A DNA stretch of 64,000 bases from an uncultured Candidatus Rokubacteria bacterium (lineage in GTDB: Bacteria; Methylomirabilota; Methylomirabilia; Rokubacteriales; CSP1-6). This document shows positions 1 through 10,697 of the stretch, one piece after another (the first letter of the stretch is position 1; every line of letters starts with the position of its first letter). Location: the NCBI GenBank assembly GCA_963762145.1, contig CAVXJS010000008.1, forward strand, positions 1-64,000, written 5' to 3'. A program made the translations under genes and the position numbers. Below the pieces are notes generated by a model. That model was not told the origin of the DNA, ran no database searches, and saw nothing but the letters and a program-made list of their open reading frames with translations.

Positions 1-1208
1 GGTCAAACTGTAGCCTCGCCCGAGCACCGCGAGCGGGGACAGGCTCTGGGAGCTGTCCGACCGCGGCGGCGAAGCGATGCCGGCGAACTTCGCGCGATGC
101 GACGCCGCGGCGGTGAGCCGCCCGCAGCTGGCCGAGCACGTCGACCGTGTGAAATCCTAGCCACCGGGTTGAGTGAACTCAAGGCGTTTGTGGCCAGAGC
201 CACCCGATGGGCGGCTCCTGCCGCCGCCCCCGCGCCGCGCCGGCGAGCCGGGCGCTCAGCTCGTCCAGGCGCCGGTGGAGATCGCGAAGCGCGCGCGAGG
301 CGTCGGTGAGCACGCGGCGCCGCGCGAGCGCGTCGACCCGCTCGCGGTGTCGCTCGATATGCTCGGCCATCGCCTGGCTGAGCGCGCGTTGATGTCGCAC
401 AGCGCGCGGAGCACCGCGAGCTTCTCCCGCACCACCAGCTCGGCGGCCGCCGACGGCGTGGGCGCGCGCAGGTCGGCCACGAAGTCCGCGATGGTGAAGT
501 CGGTCTCGTGGCCCACCGCCGAGATCACCGGCACCCGGCAGGCGGCGATCGCCCGCGCGACGCGCTCGTCGTTGAAGGCCCAGAGATCCTCGATGGAGCC
601 GCCGCCGCGGCCGACGATCACCACGTCGAGCCGCGACCTCCTGGGCGCGGCGATCGCCCGCACGATCTCGGCGGGGGCCTCCTCGCCCTGCACCCGCACC
701 GGGCAGACGACGATGCGGAGGTCCGCGAAGCGGCGCGCGATGACGTGCAGGATGTCCCGGATGGCCGCGCCGGTGGGCGAGGTGACGATGCCGATGGTGC
801 GCGGGAACGGGGGCAGCGGCCGCTTGCGCGCCGCGTCGAACAGGCCCTCGGCCTCGAGCCGCCGCTTGAGCTGCTCGAAGGCGAGCTGGAGCGCGCCGAC
901 GCCCTTGGGCTCCAGCAGCTCGACGACCAACTGGTACTCACCGCGCGCGAGATAGACGTCGAGGCCGCCGAAGGCGAGCACCTGCATGCCGTCCTCGGGC
1001 TGGAAGGCCACGCGCCGGCCGCGCCCGCGGAAGAGCACGCAGCGGAGCTGGGCGCTGTCGTCCTTCAGCGTGAAGTAGGCGTGGCCCGAGGAGGGCGTGC
1101 GCAGGTTCGAGATCTCGCCCTCCACCCACACCGTCGGAAACTGATCCTCGAGCGACGACTTGATCCGCCTCGTCAGCTCGCTCACGGTGCAGACACCCGC
1201 TCGCTCAT
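1..1208 (-). CDS. xseA: Exodeoxyribonuclease VII large subunit, frameshifted, 3' end runs off the window
   Basis: [68 protein letters not shown]; C-terminal [14 protein letters not shown] at 1-45; ATG at 1208. Confidence 0.95.
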
Positions 1209-1603
1209 GACCCCCTCACCCTACCTTCTCCCCCTTCGGGGGCGAGGGACGATCCTCCCCCTCTCCCCTCTGGGGAGAGGGCCGGGGTGAGGGGCGCGCA
1301 GAGCTCAGCGCTTCGGCAATCCAGCAGAACCATACCGTCGGTATTCGCGAGCGCTTCGTTGTCCCAGAATCGCAGGACACGAAAGCCCAGCGCCTGGAGA
1401 AGCGCAGTCCGCTCCGCGTCGTAGTCGGCGCGCGCCGCATGCTGACCCCCATCGAGCTCGACAATCAGCTTTCGCTCACGGCAGCAGAAGTCCACCACGT
1501 ACGGGCCGATCGGCACCTGACGCGCGAACTTCACGCCGAGGAGACGGCGATCACGGAAGCCCGCCCAGATCCGGCGCTCGGCGTCGGTCTGGCGGCGTCG
1601 CAA
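1205..1603 (-). CDS. DUF559-family (Vsr-like PD-(D/E)xK) endonuclease
   Basis: QTDAERRIW...[15 protein letters not shown]...[11 protein letters not shown]...[11 protein letters not shown]; 3' end uncertain (possible indel, runs through repeats). Confidence 0.88.
   Translation of the reverse strand: MRRRQTDAERRIWAGFRDRRLLGVKFARQVPIGPYVVDFCCRERKLIVELDGGQHAARADYDAERTALLQALGFRVLRFWDNEALANTDGMVLLDCRSAELCAPLTPALSPEGRGGGSSLAPEGGEGRVRGS
1211..1294. repeat. Inverted doublet of REP-like palindrome (CCCTCACCCT..CTCTCCCC-loop-GGGG(A/C)GAGGG)
   Basis: Units at about 1211-1249 and 1257-1294 in opposite orientation, each with an internal hairpin. Confidence 0.85.
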
Positions 1604-1654
1604 CCCCGCGCGAAGCCGCGCGGGGATTCGCAGACAACGCGCAACTCGACTTTG

Positions 1655-1688
1655 CCCTCACCCTGCCCTCTCCCCAGAGGGGAGAGGG
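1655..1688. repeat. REP-like palindrome, single copy upstream of the DUF559 gene
   Basis: ccctcaccctgccctctccccagaggggagaggg. Confidence 0.85.
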
Positions 1689-1711
1689 TATGTAGGCCGC
1701 CAGTGTCTCGC

Positions 1712-2557
1712 TCATGGGGCGAGCTGGTGCTGCGCGGCCCGGTGCGTGTTGCGCATGAGCATCGCGATCGTCGTCGGGCCCACCCCGCCGGGGACCGGCG
1801 TGATCGCCCGGGCCTTCGGGCTCACGGAGGCGAAGTCCACGTCGCCCACGACCTTGCCGGTGTCCAGCCGGTTGACGCCGACGTCGATCACCACCACGCC
1901 CTCGCGGACCATGTCGCCGGTGACCACGCCCGGGCGCCCGGCGGCCACGCACAGCATCTCGGCGCGCCGGCAGTGCGCGGCGAGGTCGCGCGTGCGCGTG
2001 TGGCACATCGTCACGGTGGCGTGGCGAGCGAGCAGGAGCTGCGCCAGCGGCTTGCCCACCAGGCGCGAGCGGCCGATCACCACCGCCTCGGCGCCCTCGA
2101 TCTGGATCCCGTAGTGATCGAGGATCTCCAGGCAGCCCGCGGGCGTGCACGGGACGGCGTGCGGCGCGCCGGCGAGCAGGTCGCCCGAGGTTCATCGGGT
2201 GCAGGCCGTCGACATCCTTGGCCGGGGCGATCGCGGCGACCGCCTCGTCCTCGTCGAGCCCTTGGGCAGCGGGAGCTGGAGGAGGATGCCGTGGACGGCC
2301 CGGTCCGCGTTGATCCCCGGATGGTCGCCAGCAGCTCCTCGTGCGTGCAGCCCTGCGGGAAGAGGAAGTCGCGCGACGCGATGCCGGCCTCGTCGGCTGC
2401 GCGCTTCTTGCTGCGCACGTAGATCTGGAGGGCGCGTAGTCGCCGACGAGCACGACGGCGAGCGTGGGGGCGGCCGGTCGCCCGGAGAGGGCGCGACGCC
2501 GGCCTTGACCTCGGCCAGCACCTTCGCCGCGACCGCCCGGCCGTCGAGGATCTGCAA
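1712..2557 (-). CDS. folD: Bifunctional methylene-THF dehydrogenase/cyclohydrolase, frameshifted
   Basis: [65 protein letters not shown] spread over several frames. Confidence 0.95.
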
Positions 2558-2562
2558 GCCGG

Positions 2563-3357
2563 TCAGGCGGGAAGAGGGACGCGGAGGCGCTCGATCGACA
2601 GCCCGCGGCCGGTTTCGGGATCGATCCGGATCACCGCGCCGTGGAGCGCGGCCGGGCCCTTGGCGGGCTCGAACCGGTTCGGCATCTGCGAGACGAAGCG
2701 GCCGATGGCCAGCTCCGGGTCCACGCCGATCACGGAGTTCATCGGCCCGGTCATGCCGAGGTCGGTGATGTACGCGGTGCCCTTCGGCAGCAAGCGCTCG
2801 TCGGCGGTTTGCACGTGGCGATGCGTCCCGACCACCGCGCTCACCTTGCCGTCCAGGTACCAGCCCATCGCCTGGGACTCGGACGTGGCCTCGCAGTGCA
2901 TGTCGACGACGATGATCGGTGTCTCCTCTCGAAGGCGCGGGATCTCCTCGTCCGCCTTGCGGAACGGGCAGTCGAGCGCGTGCATGAACACGCGGCCCAT
3001 CAGGTTCAGCACCGCCACCTTGTGCGGCCCGGCCTTGACCACGGCGGAGCCCACGCCCGGCGTGCCCGACGGGAAGTTGGCCGGCCGCAGGAGCAGGTTC
3101 TCCTTGACGATGTACTCGATGATCTCCTTCTTGTCCCAGATGTGGTTGCCGGACGTCATGACGTCCACGCCCTGGTCCAGGAAGGTCTTCGCGATCACCG
3201 GCGTCACCCCGAAGCCGGCGGCCGAGTTCTCGACGTTGACGATGGCGACGTCGGCGTCGTGCTGCTTGCTGAGCTTGGGCAGCAGCACCTGAACGGCGCG
3301 GCGGCCGGGCTCGCCGAACACGTCGCCCACACAGATGACGGTGATGGGTTTGGTCAC
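2563..3357 (-). CDS. ymdB: YmdB/TIGR00282-family metallophosphoesterase
   Basis: [54 protein letters not shown]; GTG start overlaps the rny stop. Confidence 0.93.
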   Translation of the reverse strand: MTKPITVICVGDVFGEPGRRAVQVLLPKLSKQHDADVAIVNVENSAAGFGVTPVIAKTFLDQGVDVMTSGNHIWDKKEIIEYIVKENLLLRPANFPSGTPGVGSAVVKAGPHKVAVLNLMGRVFMHALDCPFRKADEEIPRLREETPIIVVDMHCEATSESQAMGWYLDGKVSAVVGTHRHVQTADERLLPKGTAYITDLGMTGPMNSVIGVDPELAIGRFVSQMPNRFEPAKGPAALHGAVIRIDPETGRGLSIERLRVPLPA

Positions 3358-4969
3358 TTCGCCACCTCGACTGCGCGCGTCTCGCGGATCACCACGACCT
3401 TGATGTGGCCGGGGTACTGCATCTCGGCCTCGATGCGCTTGGTGATGTCCTTGGCGAGCTGGTGGGCGTCGAGGTCGGAGATCTGCTCGGCCTTGGTCAT
3501 GATCCGCAGCTCGCGACCGGCCTGGATCGCGTAGCACATCTCCACGCCCTTGTAGGACATGGCGATCTCTTCCAGCTTGGCCAGCCGCTTGATGTAGCTC
3601 TCGAGCACATCGCGCCGGGCGCCCGGGCGCGCCGCGGAGATGCCGTCGGCGGCCTCGGTCAGCACCGCCTCGATCGTCTCCGGCTCGACGTTCTCGTGCC
3701 CGCAGAGCGCGGCGTTGATCACCTGCGGCGACTCGTTGTACTTGGTCAGCACCTGCAGCGAGAGCTCGGGGTGGCTGCCCTCCTGCTCGTGGGTGAGCGC
3801 CTTGCCGATGTCGTGGAGCAGTCCCATCCGCTTGGCGAGCTTGACGTCGGCCTTGATCTCGGCCGCCATCATGCCGGCGAGCCAGGCGACCTCCTTGGAG
3901 TGCTGCAGGCAGTTCTGGCCGTAGGAGGTCCGGAACTTCATTCGGCCCACCAGCTTGACCAGCTCGGGGTGCAGCCCGTGGACCCCGACCTCGAAGCAGG
4001 CCTTCTCGCCCTCCTCCCTCAGGTGCTGCTCCATCTCCTTCTTGACCTTCTCGACGACTTCCTCGATGCGGGCCGGGTGGATGCGCCCGTCGGCGATCAG
4101 CTTCTGGAGCGCCAGGCGCGCGATCTCCCGGCGGTACGGGTCGTACGCCGAGATCAGCACGGCCTCCGGGCGTGTCGTCGACGATCAGGTCGACGCCGGT
4201 GTGCCGCTCGAGCGCGCGGATGTTGCGGCCCTCGCGACCGATGATCCGGCCCTTCATGTCGTCCGAGGGCAGGTCGACGATCGAGACCGCGGTCTCCACG
4301 GTGTAGTCCGGGGCCAGGCGCTGGATCGTGGTGGCCAGGACCTCCTTGGCCTTGACGTGCGCCGTCTCGCGGGCCTCCTCCTCCAGGCGCATGCCGAGGA
4401 GCTGGGCCTCGCGGCGGGCTTCGACCTCGATCTGCGCCATGAGCTGGCGCTTGGCCTCCTCGGCGGTGAGTCCGGCGATCGACTCGAGCTTGCGCCGATG
4501 CTCCTCGAGCGCGTGGCCAGGCGCCCTTCCTTCTCGGCCGATGTTGCGCTCGCGCTCGGAGAAGGTCCGCTCGCGCCGCTGGATCGTGATCGCGCCGGTC
4601 GAGCTGGTCGAGGCGGCGGCTGAGCTGCTCCTCGTGCTGGGAGACGCGGCGCTCGATCTCCTGGATCTCCTTCTGGCGGGACGGGACTCCTGCTCCAGCT
4701 CGGCCCGGGCCCGGAGCGAGATCTCCTTGGCCTCGAGGTCGGCGGCCCGGATCTTGGCCTCGGCCTCGCGGGCCCGGGCCTCGGCCTCGCGCATGTTGCC
4801 CTCGGCGTCGCCGCGCGCCTGCTCGGCCAGCCGCTTCGCGTCGTCCAGGATGCGGTTGGCGGCCTGCGCATCGGCGAGCGTGGTCCGGACGGTCGGGATC
4901 AAGTGTCCCCCGAGATACCCGACGGCGCGAGAAGGGCGACGAGCGGCAACACCAAATCGGCCAGATCAT
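3354..4969 (-). CDS. rny: Ribonuclease Y, frameshifted
   Basis: Coiled coil, KH motif [18 protein letters not shown] motif [36 protein letters not shown]. Confidence 0.96.
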
Positions 4970-5060
4970 GGCGTCATCGGTCACTCCATTCCGGGTCGTG
5001 ACCCGGTCCGGATCATGTGCACTTGGGTATCGGGCGGCAAATAGCCGCGAAATTTGCCGA

Positions 5061-5089
5061 ATTATAGGCCCGGGGAGGAGGAAAGTCAA
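5061..5089 (-). promoter_or_regulatory. Near-consensus sigma70 promoter for rny
   Basis: TTGACT (5089-5084), 17 bp spacer, TATAAT (5066-5061). Confidence 0.85.
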
Positions 5090-5117
5090 CGAACGCGGGA
5101 GAGAGCTACGGAGACGG

Positions 5118-5301
5118 AGAGCGCCCCACCTCTGCCGTGTGCCGACGGTGTTTCGAACCTGGTATTAACCAGGTGGGCGCCAAATGGAGGGCTTCAGGCT
5201 TCCCCTACTAGAGGGGCATGCGCACCACCCTCGTGCACGGCTCCCAATCTGTTAACGAGGTTGAAACTTCCCCCCGGCATCACGTACAGCGTAGGGCCTC
5301 T
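5118..5301 (-). ncRNA. ssrS: 6S RNA
   Basis: About 184 nt between zapA and rny; ends pair (AGAGGCCCUAC / GUGGGGCGCUCU); internal GGGAGCC and CCCACCUGG..CCAGGUUCGAA segments resemble 6S RNAs; classic zapA-ssrS synteny. Confidence 0.85.
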
Positions 5302-5303
5302 AC

Positions 5304-5333
5304 TGTGTACCCCCGGCCCCGCCGACGGGTCAA
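5304..5333 (-). promoter_or_regulatory. Putative sigma70 promoter for 6S RNA
   Basis: TTGACC, 18 bp spacer, TACACA immediately upstream of the predicted 5' end. Confidence 0.5.
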
Positions 5334-5334
5334 G

Positions 5335-5633
5335 CTACTTTTCCGGCGCGACCACGTCCAGGAGTTGCCGCGGCGCCGAGGCGGGCGGTGACGTCTTGTG
5401 GTCGGCGTCCTGATCCTTGCGCTCCTCGCGGAGGCGGAACAGCTCGTCGGCCACGTCCAGGGCGGTGAGGGCCAGGACCCGGGCGGGATCCCCTCCCGCG
5501 GCGTCCCCGCGGATCTCCCGGGCGCGGCCGTCCACGAAGGTCGCGAGCTTGCGGACGTACTCGGGTGTCGCCTCGCTGCGGATGGCGTACTCTGGCCCAG
5601 GATCTCGATGTCGACCCGCTGCTTCTCCGCCAT
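5335..5633 (-). CDS. zapA: Cell division protein ZapA, frameshifted
   Basis: MAEKQRVDIEILGQ / EYAIRSEATPEYVRKLATFVD...VLALTALDVADELF. Confidence 0.88.
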
Positions 5634-5678
5634 GTAAAACCCCTCTTTTCTGTTCGTACATCTCGCGGCGCCACTGCG

Positions 5679-5761
5679 CCCCCTCACCCTACCCTCTCCC
5701 CCTCCGGGGGCGAGGGCTTCAAAAACCCTCTCCCCTCGGGGGAGAGGGCAGGGTGAGAGGG
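5679..5761. repeat. Inverted doublet of the same REP-like palindrome
   Basis: ccctcaccctaccctctccccctccgggggcgaggg followed by ccctctcccctcgggggagagggcagggtgagagg. Confidence 0.85.
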
Positions 5762-5768
5762 CGACCCG

Positions 5769-6030
5769 CTACTGGATGTCGAGCCGGTCCAGCTCCTTGA
5801 TGATGCCGTCCACCTGGGCCAGCACTTCCTTGCGCTCCTGCCGCAGGCTCGTCGAGCTCGGCGCGCTCCCCTTCGGCGTGCTGCAGCTTGGCCTCGAGAC
5901 CGGCCACCTTGCCCTGCAGGTTGTCGCGCTCCTTGCGCAGGCGGGTGATCGTCTCCGCGGCGCGGCGCACCGACTTCTCGAGCTGCTCGAGCCGTTCCGT
6001 CAGCCCCTCGGCCATCCGGTCCTCCGTCAC
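5769..6030 (-). CDS. ZapB-like coiled-coil protein, frameshifted
   Basis: LEQLEKSVRRAAETITRLRKERDNLQ...ERKEVLAQVDGIIKELDRLDIQ; position between pheT and zapA. Confidence 0.65.
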
Positions 6031-8460
6031 GCGCCGCGAACTTCGGCGCGGAAGCGCTTGGCGATCTCCGCGACGACGCGCTCGTACAGCCGGTTCACCT
6101 CGGCGTCGGTGAGGGTGCGGTCGGGCGCCTGGAAGGTGAGGCTCCAGGCGAGACTGCGCCGGCCCGCGCCCACCTGGCCGCCAGTGTACACGTCGAACAG
6201 GGTGACGCGCGTGAGCAGGTCGATGGCCAGCGCGCGGATGGCCGCCTCCACCTCGCCCGCGGTCACCTCGCTGCCCACCACGATCGCCAGGTCGCGCTGG
6301 ACGGCGGGGAAGCGGGCAGCGGCTCGTACTTCGCGACCGGGATCGGCAGGCCGGCGAGCGCGGTCACCGAGAGCTCGGCCACGAAGACCGGTCCGGGCAG
6401 GTCGAACACCTCGCGGGCCGCCAACGCCACCTCGCCGAACCAGCCGAGCTCGAGCGAGCCGCGTACCAGGCGGGCCGCGCGCCCGGGCTCGAGGTACGCG
6501 GGGGCCTGCTCCGCGGGCCAGACGCTCGTCTCGGCGTCGGTCACGCCCGCGGCCTGGAGCGCCAGCTCGGCCAGTCCCTTGGCGTCGTAGACGTCGACGC
6601 GATCGCGGGCGCCGGTGAACCAGGCGCGGGGCGCGCGCAAACCGGTCAGCGCGATGCCGAGGCGGAGGTCCTCGTGCGCGGGCCGATCGCCGTCCTCGGG
6701 CCGATGCGGCGCGAAGACATTGCCCACCTCGAAGACCCGGGCGTCCGGCATCTGCCGGTTCGCGTTGATCGCGAGCACGTCCAGCAGCCCCGGGATCAGC
6801 GAGGGGCGCAGCACCGATCGCTCGATCGAGGAGGGGTTCTGCAGCGTGATCAGGCCGGCGGGATCGTCCCAGCCCATGCGCTTGAGCCGGTCCGGATCGA
6901 GGAAGCTCCAGCTCACGCACTCGAAGAGGCCGGCCGCGTTCGAGCCCGGCTCATCACGCGCGCCACCCGCAGGCCGGCCGGGCGCTTGACCGGCACGATC
7001 TCGCCGCCGCCCGCCCGCGTCAGCGGGATCTGGTCGTAGCCCCAGATGCGGACGACCTCCTCGACCAGGTCGTCCTCCTGGTACACGTCGCGCCGGAAGC
7101 TCGGCACCACCACCTGCAGGTCGTCGCTCGAGTCGTCCACCGCGAAGCCCAGCGTTTGTAAGATCCGGACGGCGTCCGCGCGCGGCGGGCACGCGCCCAC
7201 GACCCGCGTCACCCGGTCGAGACGGAGGGTGATACGCCGGTGCGGGCGCGGATCCGGGTAGACGTCGAGCACGCCGCGGGCCACCGTGCCGCCGCCCAGG
7301 TCGGCCATGAGCTGCGCGGCGCGGGCCAGCACGTCGGGCGGCGCCTCGATATCCCCGCCGCGCTCGAATCGGTAGGCCGCGTCGGTCGACAGCCCGAGCG
7401 CCCTTGATGTCCGCCGGATCGAGCCCGGATCCCAGTAGGCGGCCTCGAGCAGCACGCTGGTGGTGGACGCGGTCACCTCGCTGTCCGCGCCGCCCATGAC
7501 GCCGCCGATGCCGACCGCGTGCTCGGGATCGCAGACCAGCGCGGTGTCGGGGCCGATCGCGCGCTCCTGGCCGTCCAGCGTCTTCATGCGCTCACCGGGC
7601 CGGGCGCGCCGCACCACCACCGTGTGCTGGGCCAGCGTGTCCCGGTCGAAGGCGTGGAGCGGCTGGCCCATCTCCCACATGATGTAGTTCGTCACGTCCA
7701 CCAGGTTGTTGATGGGCCGCAGCCCTACCGCGCGCAGGCGCTGGGCCAGCCACGGCGGCGACGGCTTCACGGTCAGCCCGGTGATCACGCGCGCGCAGAA
7801 GCGCGGGCACAGGTCGGGCGCCTGGATGTCGAGCGCGGCGAGCGCGGAGGCCTCCGGCTCGCCCTCGGTGACCAGCACCTTGGGGAAGCGGAACGGGGCG
7901 CCGGTGAGCGCGGCGACCTCGCGGGCCACCCCGACCACCGAGAGCGCGTCGGGCCGGTTCGGGGTGATCTCGACGTCGAGGATCCAGTCGTCCAGCCCCA
8001 GGTAGCGCACGACATCGGCGCCGAGCGGCGCTTCCGCGGGCAGCAGCAGGAGACCACTGTGATCGTCGCTGATCCCCAGCTCCTTCTCCGAGCACAGGAT
8101 CCCTTCCGAGACGACTCCGCGGATCTTGGCCGCCTTCACCTCGCCGAGCCCGGGCAGCCGGGCGCCCGGCGGCGCGAAGGCCGCGCGCGCCCCCGCCGCC
8201 GCGTTGGGCGCGCCGCAGACCACCGAGTAGCGGCGGTCGGGCAGCGCCACGCGCACGAGCTGGTTGTGGTGGCCGGCCGCGCTCACGCCCAGATCCCGCT
8301 CGATCGCCTCGATCTCGCCCACCACCACGCCGGCGAGCCCTTCCACCACCGGGGCGATCTGCTCGACGCCGATCCCGGCATTGGTCAGGCGATCGGCGAC
8401 CTCGCGCGCGCCGAGCTCGGTCTCCACGAACTCCTTCAGCCACGAGAACGAGATCTTCAT
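6027..8460 (-). CDS. pheT: Phenylalanine-tRNA ligase beta subunit, frameshifted
   Basis: [65 protein letters not shown]. Confidence 0.97.
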
Positions 8461-9504
8461 CGTCCGGGCAGGCCGGCGAACTGCTGCAGGAAGCGCAGAT
8501 CATTGTCGAAGAAGAGCCGGATGTCGTCGATCTCGTACTTGAGCATGCGCGATGCGGTCGATGCCCATGCCGAAGGCCCAGCCCGGTGACTTCCTCGGGG
8601 TCGTAGCCCACGTTGCGGAGCACGTTGGGGTGCACCATGCCCGAGCCCAGGATCTCGAGCCAGCCCGACGTCCCGGCAGAAGCGGCAGCCCGCCCCGCCG
8701 CACTTGAAGCAGCGCACGTCCACCTCGGCGGAGGGCTCGGTGAACGGGAAGAACGAGGGGCGGAAGCGCACGGTGCGACCTGGGCCCGAACATCTCGCGC
8801 GCGAAGAGCTGGAGCGTGGCCTTGAGATCCGCCATCGTGATGTGCTTGTCCACCGCGAGGCCTTCCACCTGGTGGAACATCGGCGAGTGGGTCGCGTCGA
8901 GGATGTCGCGCCGGTAGACCTTGCCCAGGCAGATGATCCGCACCGGCGGCGGCTGCGCCTTCATGGTGCGGATCTGCACCGGCGAGGTGTGCGTGCGCAG
9001 GAGCGTGTCGCGGCCGATGTGGAAGGTGTCCTGCATGTCCCGCGCGGGGTGATCGTCGGGGAAGTTGAGCGCCGCGAAGTTGTAGTAGTCCGACTCCACC
9101 TCGGGCCCTTCCGCCACCGAGAAGCCCAGTCCCTCGAAGACCTCGATGATCTCCTCGGTGACGCGGGTGATCGGATGCACCGGGCCCGGCGCGGGGCGAC
9201 GGCCGGGCAGCGTCAGATCGGGGCGATCGCCCTGGCGCGTGAGGCGGCGCTCGTCCGCCTTGAGCGCCTCGAGGCGCTCCGCGATGGCGGCCTCGACGCT
9301 GGCCTTGGCGCGATTGGTCTGCTCGCCGATCCTCGGGCGCTCCGCGGCCGGGACGGCGCCCAGCGAGCGCAGCAGCGTGGTGAGCTGGCCCGAGCGGCCG
9401 AGCACGCGCACCCGCACCTGCTCGAGGTCGGACGTGGAGCGGGCCCCGGCGACCTCCGCCAGGGCCCGGTCGAGGACTTCCTGGACCCGCGGGTCCCCCG
9501 CCAC
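8457..9504 (-). CDS. pheS: Phenylalanine-tRNA ligase alpha subunit, frameshifted
   Basis: [57 protein letters not shown]. Confidence 0.97.
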
Positions 9505-9506
9505 GC

Positions 9507-9863
9507 TCAGGCGCGCTGGGCGCGAGCCGTCTCGGCCAGCTTGGCGAAGGCCGTGGGATCGGATACGGCCAGCTCGGCGAGGATCTTGCGGTCCAGCGCG
9601 ATGCCGGCCTTCTTGAGCCCCGCCATGAACACGGAGTACGAGAGCCCGACCTGCCGGCACGCCGCGTTCACCCGGATGATCCAGAGCGCGCGCGCCCGCC
9701 GCTTCTTCTGCTTGCGTCCCTTGTAGGCGAAGGCACCGGCCCGCAGCACCGTCTCCGAGGCCGGGCGGAAGAGCTTGCGCCGTCCGCCGAAATATCCCTT
9801 CGCCTGCTTGAGGACCTTCTTCCTGCGCTGGCGGGTCTTGGCCCCGCCCTTTGCCCGTGGCAT
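9507..9863 (-). CDS. rplT: 50S ribosomal protein L20
   Basis: [32 protein letters not shown]. Confidence 0.98.
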   Translation of the reverse strand: MPRAKGGAKTRQRRKKVLKQAKGYFGGRRKLFRPASETVLRAGAFAYKGRKQKKRRARALWIIRVNAACRQVGLSYSVFMAGLKKAGIALDRKILAELAVSDPTAFAKLAETARAQRA

Positions 9864-9875
9864 GAGTTCTTCTCC

Positions 9876-10073
9876 TTAGAGGTACGGAACCAGACGCTTG
9901 AGGCGCGGCTCGTCCACCTTCGCGACCAGGACCTGCTTCCCCAGACGCCGCCTGCGCTTGGGCGGCTTGGCCTCCAGCTTGTGCCGCTTCCAGCCGCGAT
10001 TGCGCTTGAGCCGGCCGGTGCCGGTGATCTTGAACCGCTTGGCGGCGGCCCGCTTCGTCTTCATCTTCGGCAT
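9876..10073 (-). CDS. rpmI: 50S ribosomal protein L35
   Basis: MPKMKTKRAAAKRFKITGTG. Confidence 0.98.
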   Translation of the reverse strand: MPKMKTKRAAAKRFKITGTGRLKRNRGWKRHKLEAKPPKRRRRLGKQVLVAKVDEPRLKRLVPYL

Positions 10074-10097
10074 ATGGTCTGCTGTTCCTTCCTCATT

Positions 10098-10134
10098 CCC
10101 CTCTCCCCTCAGGGGAGAGGGCGAGGGTGAGGGG
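10098..10134. repeat. REP-like palindrome between infC and rpmI
   Basis: cccctctcccctcaggggagagggcgagggtgagggg. Confidence 0.85.
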
Positions 10135-10153
10135 TGGTCACGGTTGTCCGCCG

Positions 10154-10669
10154 CTAGTGCGGCTTCGGCGACAGGATCATGCTGAGCATGCGGCCTTCCA
10201 TCCGGGGATGGTTCTCGATGACCGCGATGTCCTGCATGCCTTCCACCATCTTGTTGAGCATCTTCCAGCCGAGCTCGGTGTGCGCCATCTCGCGGCCCTT
10301 GAAGCGCACCGTGACCTTGGCCTTGTTGCCTTCCTCCAGGAACCGCCGCACGTGCTTGGCCTTGAAGTCGAAGTCGTGCGTGTCGGTCTTGGGGCCGAGC
10401 TTCACTTCCTTCACCTGGATGATCGTCTGCTTCTTCCGCGCGTCCTTCTGCCGCCGCGCCTGCATGTACTTGTACTTGCCGAAATCCATGATCCGGCAGA
10501 CCGGCGGCTGCGCCTCCGCGGCCACTTCCACCAGGTCCATTTCCCGCTGACGGGCCAGCTCCAGGGCCTGCGCGATCGGCAGGATCCCGAGCTGCTCGCC
10601 GTCGGCCGACACCACCCGCACTTCCCTCACCCGAATGCCTTCATTGATCCGGATGTCCTTTGACTGGAT
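10154..10669 (-). CDS. infC: Translation initiation factor IF-3 with probable non-canonical ATC start
   Basis: IRINEGIRVREVRVV, PPVCRIMDFGKYKY, KVTVRFKGRE; AAGGAG 6 nt before in-frame ATC at 10669. Confidence 0.95.
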   Translation of the reverse strand: MQSKDIRINEGIRVREVRVVSADGEQLGILPIAQALELARQREMDLVEVAAEAQPPVCRIMDFGKYKYMQARRQKDARKKQTIIQVKEVKLGPKTDTHDFDFKAKHVRRFLEEGNKAKVTVRFKGREMAHTELGWKMLNKMVEGMQDIAVIENHPRMEGRMLSMILSPKPH

Positions 10670-10697
10670 GGCGCGCTCCTTGGGGTGCGGGGCCGGC

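Noticed and set aside
2563-4902. 779-aa ORF apparently fusing RNase Y to YmdB
   Set aside because: An indel near 4165 shifts the frame; rny ends at 3354 and ymdB has its own GTG at 3357
1712-9504. Programmed frameshifting or pseudogenisation of folD, pheT and pheS
   Set aside because: Essential genes with multiple scattered indels and no slippery-site pattern; sequencing error is far more likely
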